From NCBI RefSeq assembly GCF_009914755.1, contig NC_060928.1: a stretch of DNA of 64,000 nucleotides, one strand, 5' to 3'. Shown one piece after another: positions 1 to 13,512 of the stretch (within the stretch, counting starts at the first letter, position 1; each line of letters begins with the position of its first letter). Source of the stretch: the human T2T-CHM13v2.0 reference genome, Homo sapiens. The notes beneath the pieces are model-generated. The model saw only the letters and a program-made list of their open reading frames with translations. It searched no databases and was not told the origin of the DNA. The translations under genes and the position numbers were made by a program.

Positions 1-974
1 TAATTGTGTTGCGGTCCCTCTTTCCTCTCACCTCCTGCCTTCCCTTCTGGGATGATCCTGTGTGCTAATCACAGCCGGGGCCTCTGAAGTTTCAGTGCCG
101 TCTGTGGGTGGGGGCTGGGTTCCTTCTTATTCCTTTGCATGCCAGAGATGAGTGCCGAGGGACCGCATTTTCCAGGACTCGTGACATGGTGGCCATCTTG
201 CACTCCCAGCTGCCTGGGCACACGCCAGTGTGTGATGGAAACTCCACGCACCCACTCCTGAAATTGCTTCCCTCGCCACTCTGCCTCGTGGAGCTCCTAA
301 GGGGAAGGGGAACCTCACTTTGGCCCCCACCGCACTCCAGACTCATTCTAACCACAGGGCCTGGTTTCACTACTGTGGTTTTTCCCACGGAACTCAGCCC
401 CGGGCCACCTTCATGGCTTGGTTCCTGGGAGGGAGGCTGTCATTACAGATGGGAAGATCCTATCAGTGCCGGCTGCTGCTGTTACCGTCTCTCTGGCCTA
501 TGGGGCCTTTGCTCCCTAACGATGTTTAAATATCAACATGCAGTTATTCAAGGACTTCTTTGAAGGTTTACCAGAGTGATAGACATGTTTTTAAGACAGG
601 ATCTTTTCCTCCACCCCTTTAAAAAGTAGATCACATTATGATGTTTGGGGAAAATCTCATGATTTCAATGCATAAGCCTGTATAATACCTTATTCATTCC
701 GAATGCAAAGAACTCAGGATCACAGGGTATAAATGAACTCAGTTTGTATTGTTGGAGTGTTTTGTGCCATATGCTGTTCTGACTTAATGAGGATGTAGCT
801 GTATATTATAAGGATCACCAAAGCAGCCTAGATCTGAGAATCTATTCTTAGCTCCCCCACTAATCATGGGGTGAGCCTGGGTGGGAGCCGGTGGGAAAGG
901 ATAGCACAGCTGGTCTTTGGGTGGTGTCAGTCACGCCAGTGGCTGTAGGACCCTAGGTTGGAGGTGATTTGGTC

Positions 975-1080
975 CATAACACACAGATGAGGAAGGAAAC
1001 TGGGGCTGAGAGTGGTGTGATAGTCTCACCGCGAGGCTCAGCCAGCGGCAGGTGGTAGAGTTGGGATTCACACTCTAGGG
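975..1080 (-). mobile_element. MIR SINE fragment
   Basis: acagatgaggaaggaaactggggctgagag resembles the reverse-complement MIR core. Confidence 0.6.
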
Positions 1081-1202
1081 GGTCTTGCCCTGTGGGACCC
1101 AGGGCTGTCATCAGCAAACGCCACCCACTAAGATGCTTGTCTGTGCCAGGATGGCTGGGAAGTGGGGGGTTCAGCATCTGGGGAGGGAAATCTAGGTAAG
1201 AA

Positions 1203-1370
1203 TTTACTCATTCACTGATTCATTCACACTCATTAATTCATTCATTCACTCATTCATTCATTCATTCATCCATTAATTCACTCATTCACCCATTCACTCA
1301 TTTATTCATCCATTCATTCACTCATTCATTCACCCATTCATTCATTCACTCATTTCTTCACTCATTCACT
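1203..1370. repeat. (TTCA)n degenerate microsatellite, expanded L2 tail
   Basis: Repeated ttca/ctca/tcca units running into an antisense L2 3' end. Confidence 0.9.
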
Positions 1371-1615
1371 CCCTCCCTCCTGAAACATCTGTGGAGTATC
1401 CACCATGTTCCAGGCACCTTTCTAGGACACCATGGTGAGCAAGACCCTGCCTCTTTGGGCTTCGTGTCCAGTGGGGGAGACAGATACTGAGCATGCATGT
1501 GTGATATGACATAAAGCAGCTGAGAGTTGGAGGAAGTTCGAGGACAGTTTCCCTGCGGGAGAGGGTCGAGGAGAGAATGACTTGAGGAAGAGGAGACGTG
1601 AATGTAGGCAGTTCT
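1371..1615 (-). mobile_element. L2 LINE 3' fragment
   Basis: ccaccatgttccaggcacctttctagg...gggggagacaga resembles the antisense L2 terminus. Confidence 0.65.
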
Positions 1616-2574
1616 TTCCTGGGCTGCTTTGCAGGGGAGCAGAAGGTGGGTGTTGGCTGGAAGCAAGACCGGGGCAAAGTGCCTGGCACTCAGTAGGGCT
1701 TCGGTAGGTGTTTGTGGATTGAATGGAGAGTGCTTGAAACTGCTGCAGAGCCTCAGGGCGGGGGTCTGGAGTGATTCCAGGTTTCCCAGCTCCTGGATTC
1801 AGAGTCTCAGCCATTCACTCCAGGAACAGTGTTCCCCTACTCTGGGGTCATTTGATTTCGGCCACTGCTTAGAGTTTTGCAAAGTGGTCTCTGACCTGTG
1901 CCTGCCCTTGTGGGGTGACATTGGGTTGGCGGCAGTTTCTGCAGCACAGCAGCTCAGAAAAGCACTGTGCGGTGGGCAGTTCAAGGCCAGGGTTTCCACC
2001 AAACATAGGTGGGGCCCAAGCAGGAGTTGGGAGGAGTTGGGTCTGGCTACAGCATCCAGGTGAGGGGGTCCTGGGGAGAGAGGAGATGGAGGAGGGGGCA
2101 GGACCAGAACCTGGGGAGCCTTGGGCAGTTTTGGCTTCTCCTGCCTGTGCTGGGAGCCACTTGAGGACTTGGGCCATAGGAGCGAGGGATCCTTTGTGTT
2201 TTGATCTTGCCCCTTGGCCTCTAGGAATCTGAGTTTGTAGGATCCTTCACTGGCAGCCCTGATGGGATCACCAGGGATGGGGATGTACAACGTTACTACA
2301 GCGTCTGATCTGGGGACACCTGGAGTAAACCATTTTGAGCCATCACAAAGTCAGAGGATCAGCTTGCAGGATTGCGCCCAGGGAACCTGTGAACAGCCAC
2401 AGAGAAGGCAGGACCGCGCCCCCTTCACTCAAGCACGAAGCTCCTTCCCTGGCCATTTTCAACTGGGACAGGGCAGGAGGGCATCCTACTGAGGAAGGAT
2501 GTACAATTTCCCCATCCAGTTGTTTCTTTCTCCAGAGTCTGGGAGGTGTGAAGGGAAAGAGCCGAGGCTGGGGT

Positions 2575-2740
2575 CAGACGGTCTGTGTTCGGGTCCTGGC
2601 TTCCCTGCACACCCACTGCTTGGCCTTGAGCCACTTTATCAACCTCCCTGAGCCTGTTTCCTTGCCTGTGAGATGAAGCAAGCTGTGCACAGCCTTCAGT
2701 ACAGTGCCTGCACATAGTAGGTGCTCAAGAAATGGCAGCC
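2575..2740 (+). mobile_element. MIR SINE
   Basis: aacctccctgagcctgtttcc...acagtgcctgcacatagtaggtgctcaa. Confidence 0.75.
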
Positions 2741-2989
2741 ATTCACTGTGGGAACCCAGGACTTTCTCGCTGTGCAGACCTCAGGAGAGCTCGAGGTTAT
2801 GACCTGGCAGCTCCATGACCCTCAGTCCATCCCTCAGCAGGTGCTCCAGGAGGTGAGGACAGCATTTGACACAGAGGCCTGAAGGGGTCATGTCTCCCCA
2901 TCCACTCATGTTCTGAAGTCTAGAGGGTGCCATGCCTTGGAGCTCATACAGGCTGTTTATGGCAGAGATGGTTCTAGAACTCAGGTCAG

Positions 2990-3736
<747 letters not shown>

Positions 3737-6649
3737 CTGTTCACTATCTCATGCCCCACTCACCACTGCACGGAGCGCCTGGCTGCAGTGGGCGGTTGAT
3801 TTTAATTTTCCGGTGTTCCTCCCTGGAAGACATGGCCTCTGCCAGCCAAGGCGCGAGCCCCTCCTTCCCATGCTTTCTGCCATTTGGCATCCAGCTCTGC
3901 CCTCCAGACAGCTGGCAGAGGGGATGGGGAGGCGCCTATGCTCCCAGGAGGATTTTCCTGGGGCCTCGTTCTTCCTTCTCGCTGGAGGACCAGACCGCCA
4001 ACAGAAGCTTCCGGAGCATGCTGGGCCAAGGCAGATCCCCGTTTCTTTTAGTCTGGCGTGGGCTGCTAAGTCCGAGGGTGCGGGAGTGTGTGGGCCCTGG
4101 GCTGTTAGAGCAGAACTGAGTGAGTTCAGATGCTCCTGCTGAGGGGGCCGTTCTCTGATGTTCGGTGCAGCCCTGATTTAGGAGCCTGGCGTGAGGCCGA
4201 CAGCCTGGGGCTGCAGTGTAGCGTGGAGGCCCAGTGCGGGGACCAGCACCACCATTAATCAGCACGGCGGCCGGCACCGTGCTCCGTGCCCTGCCGAGAG
4301 CCAGCTGCCCCGCCGGGGGCTCCCTGCCTGCCTCCCATCCATCTTCCCGGTGCCTCTTTGTGGTGGGTGTAACTGTCAGCATCCTTGCTGTCCCCCTCAG
4401 TCCCCTGATGAGCTGGTAAACAGTCTCCTAGAGTCTCCAGCTGGGTCTCCAGGCCTGTGCCGGTCCTCACTGCACGACTCGGACCCTGAGTCTCCTCGCG
4501 TGGGAAGTGGGCACAGCCTCATGGTGTCTCCGTAGAAAGAAGATAGAGGATGTGGGAGCCTGGCCAGCTGGAGCCACCGCTGGAGAGAGCAGGCCTGTTG
4601 TGGGAGCAGCGGAAGAGCCTGGGGTGGCTCTGGGGCTGGGTTGGGGAGCTACCTACTTTGGCCAGAACGGAGCAGGGTGTGGGCGAAGGGAGACGTCCTG
4701 GAAGGCAGCCACGAGGCCTGACGTTGGAGATGCACCATCCTCTCAGCCCTGTTTCTCTTCTTCTCCTGAGGTTTCCAAGACAAAGGGTGGCAGGCTGGCT
4801 GGGCCTGGCACTGGAGCTGGGGTCGGTCCCAGGACCAGAAGGGACATGGTCCCATTCGGTCCCAGGCCAGCCCCCCGTATCTTACGGATGGAGGACACAG
4901 GCCCAGGGAGGGAGGTGCTCATGGTTGCAAGGGTGAGAGAGAGCTGGGACTCGACTCTGGGCCTCCTGCCTTCTGGCCTGGCACTTTTTCCACAATGCCT
5001 CAGAGGTTGCACATGTTCACGGGCCTCGGTTAACCAGAGCAGATGATAACTGAGGCAGACTGGGAGGCGTCTTGGGTCCCAGACCGTGGAACCTGGGTGC
5101 TGCTTTTCAGGGTACAGGAGCTATGGAAGGTCCCAAGAGGAAAGTGTCCTGACGGAGCTTCAGTAGCTGAAAGTGGGTCCGAGTGAGGAGACACAAGTCA
5201 GCAGAGGCAGAGAGAGGGACCAGGGCCACTGGTACGAACGCTTCTTGCATCAGGTGGCTGCAGCCCGGCCTGGGAGTTGCCTCCTCCTCCAGGAAGCCTT
5301 CCTTTCTCTCTTCTGGGTTTCCAGGGCTCCCTGTGCTGCCCTGGGTCACAGCCTTCTGTGTTGACTTCATCTGTGCACTCCCTGAGGGCAGGATTTGGGG
5401 TTCCCTTGGGGGGTCTCCTGCCTTGCCCAATGAGGGGTGCAAAGTGTCCTTAATGACCGACCAACTGGAAAATCCCAGATGAGAAAGATCAAGGACCCAC
5501 TTGGGAAGAAGAGAAGGCTCTGGGTGCCACAGACCACAAGGCGAGACCCTGGGAAAGGTGGGGTGTCCGAGAGGCTCTGAGGCCCCCAGGCAGCTGTACC
5601 CTGTCCCTCCTGGGTCCTCCCGTCTGGGTGCGTCCCAACGGGTTCTCAGTCTGGCAGTCTCTTCCAGAAAGGTTCGAGCCAGGAATGGAAACCGTTCCTA
5701 CTGGGAGCTGGGTGTGGGGGCACATCGCCCTTGCCACGGCCCCCAGGCTGGATGGGTGGGGAGACGGGAACCTTGTCTCTTTTGGCAGCAGGAGCCCCTA
5801 CTTCATGGCCACTTGCATTTGGCAGGAGGGAGCACGTTCGGACTTGGGGAAGGGGCTTTGTGCCGCCCTCGGGAGAGAAAGTCTAATTTTACAAGTTTAG
5901 AGTTCAGCCAGTGGACTGTTTGTGTCTTTTATTTTAAAAGGAGATGACAATACTGGCATTGACTGTCTTTAATTTGACATTTGACTGAGAGAACAGCCCA
6001 GCTCCTTAGTGGCTCTGGTGTATTGATCCCGTGCTGTGGGCGGGCGTGGGTCTGCGGCTTCCTGTCTGAGGGAATGCAGTGCCACGGACAGACTTGATTT
6101 GTTTAAAGGTGGTTTTTACTTTGAAGGAAAGGCTGTTTCTTCCGCTATGGTAAAAACAGTTTTCTGGTTTGGAGAAAAAGCATGTAAATCCTCCACATGC
6201 AGGCCGATTGGAGCCCACCCTCTGAGCCTCTTCTGACAGCTTCACCCAGCCCCTGTGGGATGGGAGAGCCCGTTGCTGGCGTTGCTGTCCCCGCCGTCGA
6301 TGGCAGGAGGCGTCCTGAAAGCCAGCTCATGCCATGCGGCCTCCTCCGGTGATTTCAGATGGGGCTCCCCGGGGTTTCGATGCAGTGTTTAAGCACTCGA
6401 GAGCTCGGCTGCTTAATGAAGGAGTTAATCTGTGGGACGTGCGGTGGCTCAGCCAGAACTGCCACCCATGTCCTCAGGATGAGCACCTGAAGGAGCAGGC
6501 CAGCTGGACCACGAGAACTTGAACCTCACACCACACTGCGATCTGAAATTCGAGGCCTTGCTGAGACGTGGGGGCCCCGTGGTCCTACCTCCACGGTGAA
6601 CTTCTTTTGTTTTGGAGGCTATAGAGGCCCATAGGGGAGTGAGGGGCTC

Positions 6650-7108
6650 TGTATTTGTCAACTGGGGCTGCTGTAAGGAAACACCACAGACCAGGAGGCT
6701 TCAATAACAGTATTTCTCACGGTCCTGGAGGCTGGATGTCCAAGATCAGGGAGAGGCAGAACTGGCGTCTGGTGAGGACATCTTCCTGGCTTGTAGATGG
6801 GATGGCAGCCTCTTCTCCCAGGGGCGGGGGGCGGGGGGGCGGGGGGAGAGGGGGTGGGAGGAGGAGAAGAGAGAGGAGAGAGGAGAGGGGAGAGAAGAGA
6901 GAGAGAGAGATTGCATCCCCACTTCCTCTTCTTCCAAGGCCACAGTCCTATTGGATTAGGTCCCTACTCCTGTGACCTCTTTAACCTTAATCACCTTCTT
7001 ACAGTCCCTGTCTCCAGATACAGTCACATTGGCAGCGAGGGCATCAATACAGGAATTCATGTGGGGTGGGGGGGGGGGTTGGGGAGGGCACAGTTCAGTC
7101 TGTCCTCA
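6650..7108 (-). mobile_element. MLT1A-like solo LTR with internal G/GA-rich expansion
   Basis: gctgctgtaaggaaacaccacagacc...cctggaggctggatgtccaagatcagg...ctttaaccttaatcacc...cagtcacattgg. Confidence 0.85.
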
Positions 7109-7559
7109 GCATGAACCCTTTTTGTTTGAGGTGGCTGCTGCCCAGCCCAGGTACCACCTCCTCCAGGAAGCCTTCCTGTCTCTCCTCTGGGTTTCCATGG
7201 TGTCTGTGCCACCTCCTCCAGGAAGCCTTCCTATCTTTCCTTTGAGTTTCCACAGTGTTTGTGTCATGCTGCCCTGGGTCACAGTCTTCTAGGTTGACTC
7301 TATTGATCAATCATCCCTCTCCCTTGGGCTTGGCACTAGATTTTGGCAGAGCTAGCAATGGAAAACACCTGTTCAGTTCATCCAGGTGTAGGTGACATAT
7401 GGATATCTGTCATCCAGGGAGCCCAGATACAGTTGAGGAAGCATTATTCCAGTAGTTGGGTGCTTTCAGGTTATGACTGAAGTTCCTTCCCTGTGGCCCT
7501 CTGCAGATGGAGGTCTCTCTACCTGGAAGACCCTCCTTTGCCTTTGTCTGGCTCACTTC

Positions 7560-7840
7560 TTCTCCCTGGGAATCAGGCTGGGGTTTCCTCCTCCAGGAAG
7601 CCTTCCTGGATTTCACAGCTTGGAGCCCACTGTGCCAACTCTGACATCACATATTAGTGTCTGGTCCCTTGCAGGCAAGGCCCGGCTGTCATCCCCATTG
7701 TTTTGCAGAGCCTGCCACCCTGCCTAGCACTGAGTGGGTGCTCAGTCAATATCTGCTGATAGGATACAGGCTCCTAGTGCCTGGAACAGTGCTGGATGCT
7801 GGGGGCACGTGGTAAATGTTTGATGAATTCATTGAAGTCA
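7560..7840 (+). mobile_element. L2 fragments
   Basis: ctcctccaggaagccttcc; tgcctagcactgagtgggtgctcagtcaatatctg. Confidence 0.55.
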
Positions 7841-8799
7841 GCACTGTGGATTGGCAGCAGCTGCCACAGAGACCGAGCTGCAGTTAATAAAGCCCTCCCA
7901 GGCCCAGGGCAAAGGTAAAATATCACAATTCATGGAAAGCTTTTCATTAAAGCTCTGCGGGGAGTTTTCTCCAGTATTAGCATTTTTCAGACTCTCCTAT
8001 CAGCAGCGCTTCGAGGATAAAAGCTGTGAGCTGCAGAGGCGGACGTGGGTGAACAAACACAGGCTATTTGCACATCCCAAATAGAGACGGCGCTCGGCTT
8101 GCGGCCCTTCCTCCCGAGACGCTGCAGGGCCTCCCCTTTGCTCATGCTTTCAAAGGACCCTAAAACATTCTGCATCGCCATTGTCACCTGCAGCACCCTG
8201 ATCGCAGCCAGGGGACAAGGACAAGAGTCCCCTTCCGATTGCCTGAAAAGCCATCCTCTGAGTTGGCCTTGGCACTCCCAGGCTGCGAGGGAGGACTCCA
8301 CACGGGAGGGCTGGGGAGACCTTTGCTGCCTCTGAGTGGCTCTGTACCAGGGGCCAAATATGGGGGAGACTGCAAGTAGCTGAGTGACCCTGGGCTGGCA
8401 GGAAGCTGATGGCTGGCCCCAGGGGAGGTGGGTTCACACCACATGGCCCAGCGCCCTTATGTATTTGTCAGGACAACCCGTGGCAGCTCTTGTAACGAAC
8501 ACATCTCAGGGTCTAACACAGCGCCCGTCTACCTGGCTCTCAGTGGGCTGGCTGCTCTCTGAGTAGTGACCTGCCATCTGGACCCCTTCAGCTGTGGGCG
8601 CCACTATCTGTAACCTTAACTTCAGTGTGTGACAGGAAGAAAAACACAGATGCTCCCACGGGGTGCTCAGGGCTTTGACTGTCCCCCAGACCCAGGGTCT
8701 TCTGGTGTGAATCACAGAGGAACCTAGTTGATTTTTTTCCCTTCCTGGATTTTTCTCCCTTCCCCATGCTGCCAACAGAATCCTCCCTTCATTTCTCCA

Positions 8800-8915
8800 G
8801 GTCTTTATACCTATTGCCCAGGTGGGGAAATTGAGGCCTAGAAAGGAAAAGGGTTTGCAGTGAACCATACTCTGCAAAGGAGCATGGAGACTTGAACCCA
8901 GGTCTTTGAGCTCCT
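8800..8915 (-). mobile_element. MIR fragment
   Basis: caggtggggaaattgaggcctaga...acttgaacccaggtct. Confidence 0.7.
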
Positions 8916-9067
8916 GGGGAGTGTTCCTCCTGCCCCTCATCCATGTATGCACACATGTGCATTATGTATGTGCGTGTGTGCGTGCAGATGTGTGTATGTG
9001 TTTTGGGGAATGTAGGGCAGGGCTAGCTCTCAGTTGATTTGTTGACTGTAATGACTGCAGAGGCTGC

Positions 9068-9790
9068 ATTCTTTCATTCATTCATTCATTCATTCAGTGA
9101 ATGTAGGTTAAGGGCCTGCTATGCTCCAGGCAGGGCTGAGGAGACAGTGAGGAATGGAGCAGACATAGTCCCTGGCTGGCTGGCTGGGGAAGCTGTAGTT
9201 AAAGAATGAATTACACGGTTCTTTATTTAATTGCCCCAACCTGATCACTCCTAGAAGGGAGACAGTCCTGGGACCATGTTTTACCCAGGGGTTGGACAAG
9301 GTCTCTCTGAGGTGGGGACATCTTAGGGAGATGGCTAAGTGGAGCACAGGGCATGGAGCAGGGGGGACAGCATGTGCAAAGGTCCTGAGGTGGGAGGGAC
9401 CCTGGGTGTCTAAGGCAGAGGCACCTGTGACATGAATAGAGGTGAGAGAAGGGGCTCGGATGAGGCGGCGGTGGGGGCAGAGCTGAGGCCACATAGCAGG
9501 TGAGAGGGACTTTAACTGAACAGCTGTGGGGGGCCAGGAGAGGGTTTAAAAGCAGGACAGGGGTGTGGTCGTTTGCTTTTCACAGCAGCTTCATGACTGC
9601 AGGTGCAGACGGGCCACGGAGCCTGGAGGAGTCCACGCCTGGCCCATGGGAGGCCTCTGCCACCCACATCAGTGCTGGTGGTCGGGCCAGCGAGGGGCTG
9701 GTGGTGCCGTGAGCAAGAAGGCTTTCATCATGAGGGCTCCCAGGGTTCTGGCTCGGTGGTGGATGGTGGTGCCCTTCCTGGGAGAGAGAG
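9068..9790 (-). mobile_element. L2 3' portion with (TTCA)n tail
   Basis: ttcattcattcattca...ctatgctccaggca...acagcatgtgcaaaggtcctgaggtggga. Confidence 0.75.
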
Positions 9791-10426
9791 ATCACATGGC
9801 GTTTTGGGCCCCGGGCTGTGGGATCTAGGCCAGCGTTTCTTCTACAGCAGCAGAAATGCCTCAGCGTGAGCGTCAGTGCTCGGTCAACTGCACGGCTGGG
9901 TCAGGGCTGCCTGCCAGGAGAGCCTGGTGTGTGAAAGAGTCTCCGAGACAGGAGAAACCAAGGAAGGGGACTGAGATGCCACCAGCAAGTCCTGTGGGCC
10001 CATCCCTGTCTTATGTCTCATCTATCCCTCCCTGCTCCCTTGTGATTCTCACCAGAGAATTCATCTTTATGGACACGGAAGCCGATATGCAAAGAGGAAG
10101 GTCTCCAGGGTTTTCCAAGGTCACCTAGCCCATAAATGACACAGCTTGTTCCCATTCAAGTGGGACAAGCCCCTCAACCGTAAACATCCCCACAGTAAAA
10201 CTGGGAATGCGGCCACACAGGTCTCACGGGGCCAAGGCAGGGATGGTAGGAGATGGTGTAGGGAGATGGTGCTCCTAACTGTGACTGTTGTCTGGGGGAG
10301 GGTCCCTTGGGGCTGGCCCTGGAGGGGACCGTCATGGGAAACCAGACCAGCCTCACAGAAACTGAGCTCGGCCTGGATCTCAGCTCTCTCCCGCTGATCT
10401 CCTGGGGAGAAAAGCTGGGTTGCCGC

Positions 10427-10631
10427 TTCACAGTCCGTTCACCAAGGAGGCTCCCCCCACCATTGACAGTCTGTTCACCAAGGAGGCTCCCCACCATTCG
10501 CAGTCCGTTCACCAAGGAGGCTCCCCCGCATTCACGGTCCGTTCACCAAGGAGGCTCCCCACCATTCGCAGTCTGTTCACCAAGGAGGCTCCCCACCATT
10601 CGCAGTCTGTTCACCAAGGAGGCTCCCCACC
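10427..10631. repeat. Minisatellite, 34-bp unit x ~6
   Basis: Unit cagtc(c/t)gttcaccaaggaggctccccaccattcg starting at 10431, 10467, 10501, 10535, 10569, 10603. Confidence 0.97.
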
Positions 10632-11297
10632 CCACAGCTCCCATCACTGCATTGAGTGCTCGGGAGATAAGAGGAACCCAGAGATCTGATCCGGGCACTG
10701 GATCTCAGGAAGATGCACTGGTGTGGATCGTGGTGGTGGTTGTGTTCACAGTTAGTGTGCTCTGGGGACCTGGGCTTGGCCTGGGCAGGGAGAATCAATG
10801 TAACTTTAGGGTGCACAGGAGAAAAAGATTGTATTTCTTTGGGGTTCTCCTTTATTTGCTCTTTTAACATTGGCTGCTGCTTGTTAAAGGGAGAGAAGAC
10901 CTGGATCACTGACTGGGAGCAAATCTAAAGGTTCAAGGGGGTTTGGTGACATCTGTCTGCCTGTGTCCAGCTGGGATGGCTAGAGTCAGGCAGGGCAGGG
11001 CTTGGGGCCTGGGTCGGGAATCCCCTGCTGTTTTGGAGACGTTGCCATGATGCCCTTGATGAAGATGCTACGAGCACAGATTGCACGCCTTGCTGTGAAC
11101 TTGGGCAGTGTGCTGAATTTCTTTTCCAGAAGGCATTTACTAATTAAAAAGGAAAAATAGCCCATGCTTATTAGAAAATACAGAAAAGCAGAGAGAAGAA
11201 GAGTGGTCCATGCAGATAGTGTCTGCTGGGTTACCTCTGCTGATTTCCTTTTCTCTTTCTCTATTGAGGAGTCTGTGACATTGAAAATGGTGCTTGA

Positions 11298-12270
<973 letters not shown>

Positions 12271-12767
12271 CTTTTATTTTTACCCACGCTCCTGAGACTC
12301 CCCCTGGCTCTAGTGGCGTGTCCTACCTTCCGGAAGGTCAGGTATGACTGAAGCCAAAGTTGCCTCAGAGGCTGGGGAAGGAGTGGCTTCTGGTTAGTTA
12401 CGTCTCATCAGCTGAGAGGTTCTGAGCGTCCTATGTGCATACGCACCGGTGATGCCTGGCAATTAGGAAAGAGCCCATGATGAGGCAGTGCCGGGGCGTA
12501 GGGGAGAGGAGGGTTTCTGTGGGCAGATTTGGGGTGGGGCAATTTCTAATAGAGGGTAAAACTGGGGCCAAGGCCTATTTGGGGGACAGATGTGAGAACA
12601 GGCATCCTCTGGTGTAACCAGGACGGGGCTAGGTGGTGCAGGGGTGGAAGGACTATGAGGCCAGAGGTAGGGCAGGAGGCTGTGTCTCCCCGCAGCCGAC
12701 CTTCTGGGAACTGCGGCCTGCAGACCTTCAGATCATCAGAGAGGCCTCTGACAGTGTGCAGAGCACC

Positions 12768-12823
12768 TGCCCCAGGGAGCTCCTCCTCCATGCCCCAGGG
12801 AGCTCCTCCTCCATGCCCCAGGG
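12768..12823. repeat. 23-bp tandem duplication (x2.4)
   Basis: tgccccagggagctcctcctcca repeated perfectly. Confidence 0.9.
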
Positions 12824-12914
12824 GTGCAGGGGGTGCTCTGGGACTCTGGAGAGAGGACTGTTTTTGTCCTCTGGGCCCAGCCAGTACTTGCCGTGGGCAA
12901 ATCCTCCTAGTTCA

Positions 12915-13512
12915 CCTTTCCTCCCCCTCTCCCTCTTCCTCTCCCTCCTCCTCCTCCTCCTCCCCCTCATCCTCTCCCTCCCCTCCTCCTCTCCCTCCTC
13001 CTCCTCCTCCCCCTCATCCTCTCTCTTCTCCCCAGCTCCCTCCTCCCCCTCCCCCTCCCCTCCCTCCTCCCCTCCTCCTCTCCCTCCTCTCCCTCCTCCC
13101 CCTCCCCCTCCTCTCCCTCCTCCCCCTCCTCCTCCTCTCCCTTCTCCCCAGCTCATTCCTCTCCCTCCTCCTCTCCCTCCTCCTCCTCCTCCCCCTCATC
13201 CTCTCCCTTCTCCCCAGCTCCCCCCTCCCCCTCCCCTCCTCTTCCTCCTCCCCTCCTCCTCTCCCTCCTCTCCCTCCTCTCCCTCCTCCCCCTTCTCCTC
13301 TCCCTCCTCCCCCCTCCTCTCCCTCCTCCCCTCCTCCTCTCCCTCCTCCCCCTCCTCCCCCTCTCCCTTCTCCCCAGCTCCTTCCTCTCCCTCCTCCTCT
13401 TCCTCCTCCCCCTCCTCCTCTCCCTCCTCCTCCCTTTTATTTTCTCCCCCCTCTAGCCCCAGCCCCCTCTTCTTCCCCCGGCTCCTCCTCTCTCTCTCTC
13501 CTCCTTCCCCTC
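12915..13512. repeat. ~600-bp CT-rich polypyrimidine tract
   Basis: Almost exclusively C/T with recurring ttctccc(c)agctc and ccctcatcctctc sub-units. Confidence 0.97.

Noticed and set aside
5920-5940. Acceptor-like tgtcttttattttaaaag
   Set aside because: AAG acceptor with no convincing paired donor.
6075-6095. RE1-like tgcagtgccacggacag
   Set aside because: Two mismatches in the CAGCACC core and no 3' tail match.
10427-10631. CRISPR-like array
   Set aside because: Head-to-tail units with no unique spacers, in mammalian DNA; it is a minisatellite.
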